A stretch of 64,000 nt of DNA from Eledone cirrhosa (lineage: Eukaryota): contig OZ024743.1 in the NCBI GenBank assembly GCA_964016885.1, positions 283,278,001 through 283,342,000 of the forward strand, given 5' to 3'. Every line of letters starts with the position of its first letter. Position 1 is the first letter of the stretch. The notes below the pieces were generated by a model, which had not been told where the DNA came from, did no database searches, and saw only the letters and a program-made list of their open reading frames with translations. The translations under genes were made by a program, and so were the position numbers. Below are positions 39,290 to 51,329 of this stretch, one piece after another.

Positions 39290-41181
39290 TATTCACCCGG
39301 ATAGTAAACCAAGTCATACAGAATGGGGTCGTTCCAAAGGACTGGCGTAGCAGCATCATCATTAACTGCTACAAGGGTAAAGGAGATGCCCTAGATAGGG
39401 GTACCTATAGGGGTATTAAATTAATCGACCAGGTCATGAAAGTCACAGAAAAAGTAATAGCGCAACTAATCAGAGAGCGAATTGATCTAGATAAAATGCA
39501 GTTCGGGTTTGTGTCAGGTAAAAGTACCACAGACGCTCTTTTCATTGTACGACAACTACAGGAGAAGTACCTAGCTAAAAGTAAACCCCTATACTTAGCT
39601 TTTGTTGACTTGGAGAAAGCCTTTGACAGAGTTCCCCGCTCCATTATCTGGTGGGCTCTTAGAAAACTAGGTGTTGATGAATGGCTTGTGAGAGCTATAC
39701 AAGCCATGTATAAAGAAACAGTCAGCAAGGTTAGAATTAACAACGAATATAGTGAAGAGTTTAGCGTAAAAGTTGGTGTTCATCGGGGCTCCGTCCTTAG
39801 CCCCCTCCTATTTATTATTGCCCTTCAGGCTATAACAGAGGAGTTCAAGACTGGCTGCCCATGGGAATTCCTATACGCAGATTATCTAACGCTCATAGCT
39901 GAAACTAGAGAAGAAATTCCAAATATGGAAGCATGGCCTAGAATCAAAAGGCCTTAAAATTAACCTGTCTAAGACTAAAGTTCTAGTTTGTAGGAAGGAA
40001 AATAGGACACCAGTCCCATCTGGGAAATGGCCATGCTCAATGTGTAGGAAAGGAGTAGGCAGAAACTCCATATTATGTCCCAAATGCAAAGTATGGGTGC
40101 ATAAAAGATGTAGTGGGATCACAGGTAAGCTAACTAAGAATATAGATTTTATATGTGGCCGGTGCTCTGGTGCAATAAGTTGCAGCAAGTGCCCACAGAA
40201 TACTAACTCATTCCATTGCACAGATGGTTCTATAGAAATAGTGGACACCTTCTGTTACCTGGGTGACAAAATCAGCAGTGGTGGAGGGTGCTCTGAAAGT
40301 ACAGTAGCTAGAGTCAGAACGGGATGGAAAAAGTTCAGAGAGCTTATACCACTATTGGCCGCTAAAGGGTTCTCTCTAAAAATGAAAGGCAGGCTGTATG
40401 ATGCCTGCATACGAACAGCAATGCTGCATGGCAGTGAGACCTGGGCATTGTGTGCAGAGGATATATGCAGACTGGAGAGGAACGAAGCTTGCATGCTCCG
40501 CTGGATGTGTAATAGTAATATACGTGAACGGCAAAGCATAAACGAACTAAGGGAGAAATTAGGAATAAAAGGGATCAGATGTTGTTTACTCGAGAGAAGA
40601 CTACGTTGGTATGGTCACGTGATGTGCATGAAAGACGACAGCTGTATAAAAAAGTGCAGGGCGATAAAAATAGACGGTAGGTACACCCAGAAAAACTTGG
40701 GATGACTTGATAAATTCCGACCTCACACACTTACACCTCTCCAAGACAATGTCACTGGACCGAGATCTTTGGCGCTACACAGTAATACTGAAGACCCGCC
40801 TTGCCTAAGTACAAAGCAAAACCTACAGTCAGTAGGCAGCTCTAACAAAAATACACCCTCGTCCCACTACCCCCACCCCATCCACATCCACATCACCCCT
40901 TCCAATGTAAAGTTATGTTGGTACCACAACATCCAGTCTGAAACAAATGAGGTCGTGTAGATGTCACGACAAAAAAACACACAGTCCACGCTGTAATGTG
41001 GCCATGTAGGTAACACGGTAAAAACCTCCCACTCCACACTGTAAACATGGTTGGTGTTAGGAAGGGCATCCAGCCGTAGAAAACCCGCCAGACAGTCCTA
41101 TATGAGCAAGACAACCAATCTTGCCTCAAGTGGGAAAATTCCCGTCCAAACCCATGCTAGCGTGGAAGATGGACGTTAAAC

Positions 41182-41223
<42 letters not shown>
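39290..41223 (+). mobile_element. RTE subfamily B, 5'-truncated, frameshifted
   Basis: ORFs 39436-39957 and 40040-40705; 3'UTR; (GAT)n tail. Confidence 0.95.
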
Positions 41224-41224
<1 letters not shown>

Positions 41225-42324
41225 CTTCATTGATTTTTATGTTTAGTTGTATGGAAAGATTCTTTTCCAGTCACTAAACCTTTAAGAGAAGGAAAGAGGT
41301 GGGTGGTTCATTTCTAGAGCATAAGCCTTCTATACTTACCACATGTCTGTTCTGATGATTCATCTCAAGATCATGAACCTCAAAACATCTATCCAGTTTG
41401 TCATCTCTTGTTTAAGACATGATGTTGCATTTAAGACAATATAATTCATGTTTCATCATTCTGAAAAATAGAAGAGTGAAGTTGAATTAAATAAAGATTG
41501 AACTCCAGAACCATTCATACCGAAGTTGTTATATATCCACTTTTATTATTTTACCTGTTTCATCTTATGGGCACTACCATAATTACCAATGTTATTGTTC
41601 TTCTAAATGCATTCAGTCGACTACCCAAGCTTCTGAATTATTATTCATTATCAATTCTTCATTCATTTTAGAAACCTTTTGTTAGCATTAAAGACAATAA
41701 TTTTCAAATTTTAGTACATAACTGTTGTAGTCTCTAATTAAAAGGATTTTCATCTGAAAAGAATCTTAAGCTGTAAAATATACCAATAAGCCATTGCACC
41801 ATTTCACTTCCTTTATCCCCAATAAGCAAATGTTGCATTCTCAGACTTATCTGAAACAATACTTTGCACTCAACATGAACACATCTGACTGAATAATCCT
41901 AAGTAGATAACATATCAAAATCTGCCCCTATGGTTTTAAACTTTACATTCTTGAACCCCTTATCTTTAACTTGTTCTATCTTCAATAACAACTAAACTTA
42001 ATACACTTACTGATTCTTTCTTTGCAGAAATAAAACACTAGAATATATTATAGAGATTAGTTGAAGGAGAAAGGAGATTAACTGTTGAAAGAGTTAGACA
42101 GTAATGTTACCAAGAAGAATTGTTTCAATGAGTAGAAACAGATATACAAAGAATGTAGATTGTAAATCCCAAGTAACAAAACTATTTGTTCAATTTTCCA
42201 CTAACTTTCGGTGTTTAAAAGATATTATATTATCAGGGTATATGCCACAATAAGGTTTCAACCAGCAATTAATCACAAGTAATTGGTTTAGGGCTTTCTT
42301 TTTATTGTTGAGATGATGATGAAG

Positions 42325-42695
42325 GCATGTCGCTTTGTAGTTTGGATGTTTGGTTCTCAATCCTAATATCATGAATTTCATTCTTGGTGACATGTGTTCT
42401 TAAGACATTTTATTTCACATTGCTCCAGTTTCATACTGAATCTCCCTGAGAATTACGTTATGAGTATACATGTCTGTGGAATGCTCAGTGATTTGTACTA
42501 TAATACAAAATGGACAGTACCTGTAGTTCAAAGGGCCAGCCATGTCACACATTGTGTATCATGTTGAATCTCCCAGAGAGCTATATGGAGGGGACATGTG
42601 TTTATAGAATGTTCAGTTCCTTGCATATTAATTTCACTAGTAGGATGTTCCATTGTTCAAACTGGAACACTCATCATCAGAACCGACGAAGGTCC
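42325..42695 (+). mobile_element. SINE S2 head plus S3 module
   Basis: TTTATTTCACATTGCTCCAG followed by CTGAATCTCCCTGAGAATTAC module (duplicated). Confidence 0.6.
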
Positions 42696-42870
42696 AATAC
42701 TTTAAGAAGTAAAGACATACATGATATTTTGAAGACATGAAATATCGCTGGTCAGAATATGAAAGAACAAAAAAATGAAATATACACACTCAAATATAAA
42801 TAATATACATGTCAGTCAGTCTATTTATCTGTCTCTCTGTCTATCTGTATGTGTTTATGCATGTTTTTCT

Positions 42871-43200
42871 TCATCATTTTACGTCCACTTTTCCCTGCTT
42901 GCAAGGGTGGGATGGGAACTGATTCTGGCTTGATTTCTACAGCTGGATGCCCTTCCTAACACCAACCTCATTTACAGTGAGTGCTGGGTGCTTTTTTGCC
43001 GTGACACCTCCACGACCACTTTGCAGTGGAATGATATGGACCCTAGTCCCTGTCATCTCATTTCTACAGCTGAGTAAACTGGAGCAATGTGAAATAAAGT
43101 GTCTTGCTCAAGGAAACAACACATCACCTGGTCTGAGAATTGAAGTCACAACCTTTCGATTGCAAGCCCAATGCTCTAACCACTAAGCCATGTGCCTGCA
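42871..43200 (-). mobile_element. Full-length SINE with RTE-A-derived tail
   Basis: Reverse complement has A box TGGCTTAGTGG, B-box-like CTTCAATTC, CORE-like body and RTE tail; second copy of 28881-29183. Confidence 0.85.
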
Positions 43201-43487
43201 TGTATATATTATGTTTTCTCAGACAATTGAAATGAGAACAAAAAAAGATGAGTAAGTGAATATATATATATATAAATGTATGTATATATATATGTGTCTA
43301 CATATGCATACTTACATTTATGTATCAGCTGTGCTAGGGTGAGAAATAGAATTCTAATTTCATCTTTTATTTTTGGCAAGGCTAGCCGCAATTCACTCAA
43401 TATGCAAATGAGGCTAATCACCCGATGTATACTTAAGAAAATACTATATATTTTCAACTGTTCAACAGATTGGCAGAGAGGTAAACA

Positions 43488-43524
43488 GTCCTGATGAAGG
43501 GTAATGACCCAGAAACATGTTGAT
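43488..43524 (+). ncRNA. Minimal type I hammerhead ribozyme (family H1 repeat, 43305-43650)
   Basis: GTC-CTGATGA-A-GGGT-AATG-ACCC-A-GAAA-CATG-TT-GAT. Confidence 0.72.
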
Positions 43525-43784
43525 TGTTCCTCGATGCCAGTGTTGAACAAATGGATGATGATTGATCATCGATACAACATAGCTTTATCAGGCTGTTTGC
43601 TTGCAAATGAATCAAATATTAATATTAATGTTCGATATAACCCATACATACATATGTACATGTATATGTATATATGTATATATATATATGTATGTATGTA
43701 AAAGGTAAACAGAAATAACAACACAATCAGTACAGTATATGGAAGGTATATATTAGGTTAACGCTTGATATAGCAGGAAGAGGG

Positions 43785-43820
43785 TCTTAACATTTCAGAT
43801 GCTAGTCCTTCATCAGAAGA
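43785..43820 (-). ncRNA. Minimal type I hammerhead ribozyme (family H2 repeat, 43698-43880)
   Basis: Minus strand TCTT-CTGATGA-A-GGAC-TAGC-ATCT-GAAA-TG-TT-AAGA; mismatches look like CpG decay. Confidence 0.7.
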
Positions 43821-43887
43821 AAGAATGAGAAATAAAATAGATTGAGGGTACGGGCGGGATGGAATTGGAAGATTGGGCATATTGAAG

Positions 43888-43973
<86 letters not shown>

Positions 43974-44040
43974 AATGTATACTTACATTTATATATCAGC
44001 TGTGCTAGAGCGAGAAATAGAATTCTATTTTATTTATATA

Positions 44041-44073
<33 letters not shown>

Positions 44074-44539
44074 GGGAAAGTAAAAAACAACAGCACAAGA
44101 GTGAAAGTTACGAAAGGTATTAGGTTCACGCTTATTGAGAGTGCAGAGTGTGGGTGCATAAGCCCTTCATCAGGAGAGTGGTGGGAAGGAGAAGGAGGAG
44201 GAGGAAGTGGGAAAAAAATAAAAATAAAAATAACACATGAGTTGGAAAATAAAAGTTAAAAACAAGTGGTGAAAAGATGTGAGGCGTGTAGAGGTGGTGG
44301 GTGGATGGAGAGAGGAGAAGGAAAAAAGGGATCCGAGCGGGGAGGGCGAAAGGTGGGGTGTGTGTGTGCGTGTAGGTGTACGTGTGTGTGTGTATGCGTG
44401 GATGTAAGTGTGAGTCTGAGGGAGAGTGGGGTTGCATGCATACATACATATATATATATAACGAAGGAATTGTGGTAAGGAACCAGATGGACCATAACAC
44501 ACCAGAGTACTCAATACTTAGGATAGTAGAGTGGGTAAA

Positions 44540-44649
44540 AGGAAAAAGAATGACCCGACGGCAGAGCTCAAGCCGTTTCGACGGCTATTTAGTCCAGAAA
44601 TAGCCATCGAAACGGCTTGAGCTCTGCCCTCGGGGTTATTCTTTTTCCT
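44540..44649. repeat. Fold-back palindrome (about 51-bp arms) in family F repeat
   Basis: AGGAAAAAGAAT...CGGCTATTT-agtccag-AAATAGCCA...ATTCTTTTTCCT. Confidence 0.9.
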
Positions 44650-45888
44650 ATATATATATATATATATAATAATCATCATCATCATCATCATCATATATAT
44701 ATATATATATAATTATAAGTGTGGCGAGCAAATAGACAAAAATATACCTAATTTATCTTCAAAGTCCTGACTGCTTCAGTTTCACTGACTGGTATGCAGC
44801 CAAAGTGCAATTAAAGTGCACTCAAGTTGCGAGGTTTCAGCTAGTCAAGAGACTATCCTCAGTGTAAGGACAATTTCTCTTAACTAATCGCTATCAGAGA
44901 AATTTTCAAAAGGGAATATTATCACATGGTTTTATGGTCATCCAGAAGGATAGTAAAGGGTAAACTGAGGGAGATTCACCAATTCTGATTTTTTAGTCCA
45001 AATTGCAAAAAAAGGTGTAATAGAATGCTATATTTCTCCAAAAGACTATGATCACACACTCTGTACAACTTTAAGTCTGGACATTTTTGTACACATAAAC
45101 CTCCTTAACTGCCATTCAGAATGTATGCCTCGTTGTTCATATAATATTAAGATATTTTAAGCTTTTAATCTACATTATCAGCAACAATATCCAAATATAT
45201 ATATATATGAATATATTTTGTTTCTACAAGTGCCAACTAATCACTTGTTTATTCTGTGAACACAATTTCTCTTATTACATTATAAATTGTAATTTTATAT
45301 TTGATAACCCTCAAAACAACCTTCTTTTACCTTGACTTCTCACTTACTCTTCTACTCCTTTACCTGTTTCAGCCCATGAGCTGTGGCCATGCTGGACACA
45401 TAGCTAGTGTACAAAAATAGATTTGCCACAATATATTAAAATTGTAGTTGCACTTAAGTTAAAATTAAAAACAATATCCACAGTACTCACAGCCTTGTAA
45501 ATTATATTATATTTTGCACACTTCATACTTTATGTAACATTATTACATAGTCAAAGTAGAAACAATTATTACATAGTCAAAGACATTCCAGCATGGCATA
45601 TTTGATCATTATAATAAAAACTCATGTTCATATTCTAAATACAATATGTGCTAATATACATTTGTAACTTTGATTCCAACACACATAAACCTACATATCA
45701 CCTGAATACAATCAGATTGAGCCTAACAGATAGTTCAACTACTATGATAACCTTTATTAAATTAATCTGACATTTATGATTTATATATATGGATGTTAAA
45801 TGGTGATGATGATGATACATATATACATACATATATATATGTAAGAATATTTTCGAAACAGCGAGTGGGTTTGAAATTATTAGAAATG

Positions 45889-46089
45889 TAAGCTATCGCC
45901 GTATTTTGACTAAAGAAATTAAAGAAATTATTTAGTCTGATAGTGGGGTTAAGAACCCTTGGAGAAATGGAAAAAGATGAGTATTGTACGTCAATGCTCA
46001 TCTTTTTCCATTTCTCCAAGGGTTCTTAACCCCACTATCAGGCTAAATAATTTCTTTAATTTCTTTAGTCAAAATACGGCGATAGCTTA
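45889..46089. repeat. Near-perfect fold-back palindrome (about 98-bp arms)
   Basis: TAAGCTATCGCCG...GATGAGTATTG-tacgt-CAATGCTCATC...CGGCGATAGCTTA. Confidence 0.95.
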
Positions 46090-46264
46090 TATATATATAT
46101 ATATATCTTGAGGCAGGTTTTCTACAGCTGTATGCCCTTCCTAACACCAACCACATTTACAGTGTGGACTGGGAGCCTTTTTACTGTGTCTCCTACACAA
46201 CCACTTTACAGTGTGAACTGGGTGCTTTTTCTCATGTCACCTACACGACCACTTTATATGTATG

Positions 46265-46307
<43 letters not shown>

Positions 46308-46571
46308 TCATCATCATCGTTTAACGTCTATCTTCCATGCTAGCATGATATATATATATATATATATATATAATTAAGGATGTTATCTCGAGGGAGATTG
46401 GTAAATAACCACAGTTAAATAAGATACTCAGTATGTTAGTGGAGAATAGGCATATTTATTTTATATAGAAATGATTTCATACAAATGAAATAGTTGCTGT
46501 CATTTCTATATAATACATACATATATATATATAAACAAATTAAGATGACAGAAAGAAGTTCTTAAATATAA

Positions 46572-48460
46572 TCCGAAGGACTGGCATAGCAGCATCATCG
46601 TTAACTGTTATAAGGGTAAAGGAGATGCCCTAGATAGGAGTAACTATAGAGGCATCAAATTAATCGACCAGGTCATGAAGGTCACGGAAAAAGTAATAGC
46701 GCAACTAATTGGAGAGAGAATTGACCTAGATGAAATGCAGTTCGGGTTTGTGTCAGGCAAAAGTACCACAGACGCTCTTTTCATTGTACGACAACTACAG
46801 GAGAAGTACGTAGCTAAAGGTAAGCCCCTCTACTTAGCTTTTGTCGACTTGGAGAAAGCCTTCGACAGAGTCCCCCGTTCCATTATCTGGTGGGCTCTTA
46901 GAAAACTAGGTGTTGACGAATGGCTTGTGAGAGCGATACAAGCCATGTATAAAGAAACAGTCAGCAAGGTTAGAATTAACAACGAATATAGTGAAGAGTT
47001 TAGCGTAAAAGTTGGCGTCCATCAGGGCTCTGTTCTCAGCCCCCTACTATTTATTATTGCCCTTCAGGCTATAACAGAGGAGTTCAAGACCGGCTGCCCA
47101 TGGGAACTCCTATACGCAGACGACCTGACACTCATAGCTGAATCAATGGCCGAGCTAGAGAAGAAATTCCAAACATGGAAGCACGGCCTAGAATCAAAAG
47201 GACTTAAAATTAACCTGGCTAAGACTAAAGTTCTAGTTTGTAGGAAAGAAAATAAGTCGGCGGTCCCTTCTGGGAAATGGCCATGCTCAGTGTGTAGGAA
47301 AGGCGTAGGTAGAAACTCCATTTTATGTCCCAAATGCAAAGTATGGGTGCATAAAAGATGTAGTGGGATCACAGGTAAGCTAACTAAGAACATAGATTTT
47401 ACATGTGGCCGGTGCTCTGGTGCAATAAGTAGCAGCAAGGGCCCACAAAATACTAGCTCTTTCAATTGCGCAGAGGGTTCTATAGAAATAGTGGACAGCT
47501 TCCGTTACCTGGGCGACAAAATCAGCAGTGGGGGAGGGTGCTCTGAAAGTACAGTAGCTAGAGTCAGAACTGGTTGGAAAAAGTTCAGAGAGCTTATACC
47601 ACTATTAGCTGCTAAAGGGTTCTCCCTAAAAATGAAAGGCAGGTTGTATGATGCCTGCATACGAACAGCAATGTTGCATGGCAGTGAGACCTGGGCATTG
47701 TGTGCAGAGGATATACGCAGACTAGAGAGGAACAAAGCTTGCATGCTCCGCTGGATGTGTAACAGTAATATACGTGAACGGCAAAGCATAAACGAACTAA
47801 GGACAAAATTAGAAATAAGAGGGATCAGATGTTGTTTACTCGAGAGAAGGCTACGTTGGTATGGACACGTGATGCGCATGAAAGTCGATAGCTGTATAAC
47901 AAAGTGCAGGGCAATAAAGATAGACGGTAGCCACGGAATAGGCAGACCTAGAAAAACCTGGGACGAGCTGATAAACTCCGACCTCACACACTTACACCTC
48001 TCCAAGACAATGTCACTGGACCGAGACCTTTGGCGGTACTCAGTAACAGAGAAGACCCGCCTTACCTAAATACATAGTAAAACCTACTACAGCCAGTAGG
48101 CATCTCTAACAAAATACACCCCGTCCCACCACCCCCACCCCATCCACACCACCCCCTTCTATGTAAAGTTATGTTGGTGCCACGCCATCCAGGCCGAAAC
48201 AAATGAGATCGTGTAGGTGTCACGACAAAAAAACACACAGTCCACGCTGTAATGTGGCCGTGTAGGCAACACGGTAAAAACCTCCCAGACCCACACTGTA
48301 AATGTGGTTGGTGTTAGGAAGGGCATCCAACTGTAGAAAACCTGCCAGACAGTCCTATGCGAGCAAGACAATCACTCTTGCCTCAAGTGGGAATACCCCC
48401 GTCCAAACCCATGCAAGCGTGGAACACGGACGTTAAACGTTGATGATGATGATGATGATG
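46572..48460 (+). mobile_element. RTE subfamily B, 5'-truncated, RT-PHD-CTD frame intact (46675-48069)
   Basis: 464-aa ORF with all RT motifs and the PHD finger; 3'UTR; (GAT)n tail. Confidence 0.96.
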
Positions 48461-48664
48461 AGATAGATAGGTAAGTAGGGAGATAGATAGATCAGGATTT
48501 TACCAACTTTAAACTAATAAGACCATTACTTGATACTTATGATACTTGTAATAGTAGAGTGTAAACATATTAAAGAGTCAAGGCCTGGCGGCTGAGCTCT
48601 TGCCATTTTGAAAATGTCAAGAGTTCAGCTGTTGGCCCCTGACTCTCTAAGATATATATATATA

Positions 48665-49580
48665 TATAGTCCTCAGTCCACTCATGTTTATCATTGTGCT
48701 TCAGGCCATCACTGAGGAGTTTAAAACTGGCTCTCCATGGGAGCTCCTATATGCTGACGACCTAATCCTCATAGTTGAATCCGCAGGAGGTTAGAGGCAA
48801 AATTTGAAGCATGGAAGAACCTCGAGCATGGGACCTAAAAATAAATTTAGCAAAGACAAAAGTTTTAATAAGTAGAAAAGAAGAGAGGAAAGTAGCCATG
48901 TTCGATGTGTCAGAAAGGGGTGGGCAGAAATTCCATAAGGTGCACACAATGTAAATTATGGACGCACAAGAGATGAAGTGAGATTGCAGGTAGGCTCATG
49001 GAAAAGATAGACTTTACATGTAGAGATGCACAGGAGAAGTGAGCACAATGAGCACATGTGAAATAGATTCCCTCAGCTGCCAGGAGGGCTCCATAGAAGT
49101 TGTTGACAGCTTTTGCTACCTATGCAATCAAATTAGTTGTTGGGGAGGATGCGCTGAAAGTGATATCTAGAATAAAAACAGGCTGGAAGAAGTTCAGAGA
49201 TCTATTACTACTGCTAACAACAAAATACTACAAGGCAGTGAAACATGAGCCTTGACTGCAGAAGACCAGTGGAGGCTAGAAATAAATGAGTCAAGTATGC
49301 TCCGATGGATGTGTAATGTTAGTCTGTATGAGCAACATAGCATAAGCAAACTGTGGAAAAAACTTGGCATAAGAGGAATTGGATGTAGTGTGTAACAGAG
49401 AAGACTGCGTTGGAATTGCCATATGATGCACATTAGGAGCTGCATAAATAAATGCATAGAAGCCTCAGTGGCTAGGACCCATAAAAGAGGCAGACACAGG
49501 AAGTCAAGGGATGAGGTTATGAAGACTGACCTTGAAAACCTAAACTTCACAACAGAAATGACCAAAGCCTACACAATTAT
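48665..49580 (+). mobile_element. Old degenerate RTE copy (same PHD-bearing lineage)
   Basis: LSPLMF..ITEEFKTG.PWELLYADDL and a decayed finger (C..CKLWTHKR). Confidence 0.8.
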
Positions 49581-49728
49581 GTGGAGATTCAATCAATTGG
49601 GTAGATAGAAACTGTGTGGAATCCTGCCAGTAATTCAAAGGTTTAGTTTTGTCAAACACTGTGTCACACTGCTTCTGACTGATGTTAAGTGTATGTGTTT
49701 GTGAGATATTCAACCACATACAAATTAA

Positions 49729-49938
49729 CCCTTTAGAATTTACATTACTCTGTTTAGTGTTATATTTTCATGGTAAAGGTTTTACCTCACATAACCATCT
49801 CACTTAATATCAAATCTATGAGATTTTGATATTATTTATTTTGAGAACAATACCTTAATATCAGTATGAGTGGTTGGTTACAGCCCCTTTAAACAGAAAG
49901 AGGTGAGAGAATTCTGGCCGAAAACAGTCGGTTTAAAT
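49729..49938 (-). mobile_element. MITE M1, one end damaged
   Basis: TTAA|CCCTTTAGAATTTACATTACTCT...AGAAAGAGGTGAGAGAATTCTGGCC. Confidence 0.7.
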
Positions 49939-50039
49939 TAAACAATCAAATATTCATTGACAAAAACAACGATGAAAACCATATCTATATTACATCTTAC
50001 ATTATATGTCTAAACTTCATGTTAGATAACCCATTTTGA

Positions 50040-50340
50040 AGGTTAGTGGTTAGGGTGTTCAAATCATGATCGGAAAGCCATGAGTTTGATTCCTGGTGAT
50101 ACATTGTGTCCTTTATTTCACATTACACCAAATCACTGTGCTGACAAAAATGAGATGCACCTGTAATTCAACAGGCCAGCCTTATCACACCATGTTTCAC
50201 ACTGAATCTCTCTGCGAACAACATTAAGGGTACATGTGTCTGTGGAATACTCAGCCACCTTCATGCTAATTTCATGAGCAGGCTCTTTTAACTGAATCAA
50301 CTTGAACACATGAGGGAACTGAAGGAAGTTCAACAAAATT
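50040..50340 (+). mobile_element. SINE S2 head plus S3 module
   Basis: TAGTGGTTAGG, GAGTTTGATTCC, TTTATTTCACATT, CTGAATCTCTCTG module. Confidence 0.6.
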
Positions 50341-50459
50341 ATCCCACATAACATTTTTGTTGTACGACTGTGCTGAAATGGGTAGAAAAGATCTTCATAG
50401 CCTCAGTACAGCCTTCAAAGATCTGTTGAAGGGCCACATTTTACATGCCATTTATGACA

Positions 50460-50735
50460 TGGTTTCTCTGGCAGTGGTGTTTGTGGTAATGGTGGTGTTG
50501 GTGGCAGTGGTGATGGTGGTGGTGGTGATGAGTGGTGGTGTGCTGGAGAAGAGGAGACTGGTGAAGTGGAGGAGGTTTATGATGATGATGAGGAGGAGGG
50601 AGTTGATGATGATGATGATGATGAGGAGGAGAGAGTTGATGATGATGGTGAGGAGGAGGAGGATGAAGAGAATGAAAGTGATGATAATGATGCTCCTGAT
50701 GATGGTAGAGAGAAGGAGGGGAGGAGGAGGATATG
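50460..50735. repeat. (GGT/GAT/GAG)n trinucleotide tract
   Basis: Seen directly. Confidence 0.9.
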
Positions 50736-50815
50736 ATTGGTGAGTAAGCACTTTTAAAAGATGACATATTTGTAGGTTGAATCGATTTAAAAAATTGTGT
50801 GTTGGAATATGTGCA

Positions 50816-50858
<43 letters not shown>

Positions 50859-51031
50859 CAGTATGCATGTATGTGGAGTAGTGCTTTTACTCACAGACTA
50901 AAACCTCAAAAAGATAAATCAATGAAATCTCAAACAGTATAGTTTCCCTATTTAGCAGTTGCCAACATCTGGAAGCAAATATATATATATATATATCACC
51001 ATCATCATATATATATATGTGTGTGTGTATG

Positions 51032-51062
<31 letters not shown>

Positions 51063-51080
51063 GTGTGTGTGTATGTAAAT

Positions 51081-51175
<95 letters not shown>

Positions 51176-51329
51176 CTGGATAGTTGATATGAACATTCGC
51201 TTAAATTTTGGCAAGAGGAAAGTGGAAACCATTCTGTTTGAAACTTCAATAATCTTATTTCCTTTTGAAGATTTGGTTAGCTGTATGTATATACGCATGT
51301 ATATATATATGTATGTATATATATATATA

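Noticed and set aside
41340-41460. Possible minus-strand exon (TTTTTCAG...GTAAGT); similar splice-like sites near 28460, 34460 and 45490
   Set aside because: All three frames contain stops where checked; could be non-coding exons but unsupported without RNA data
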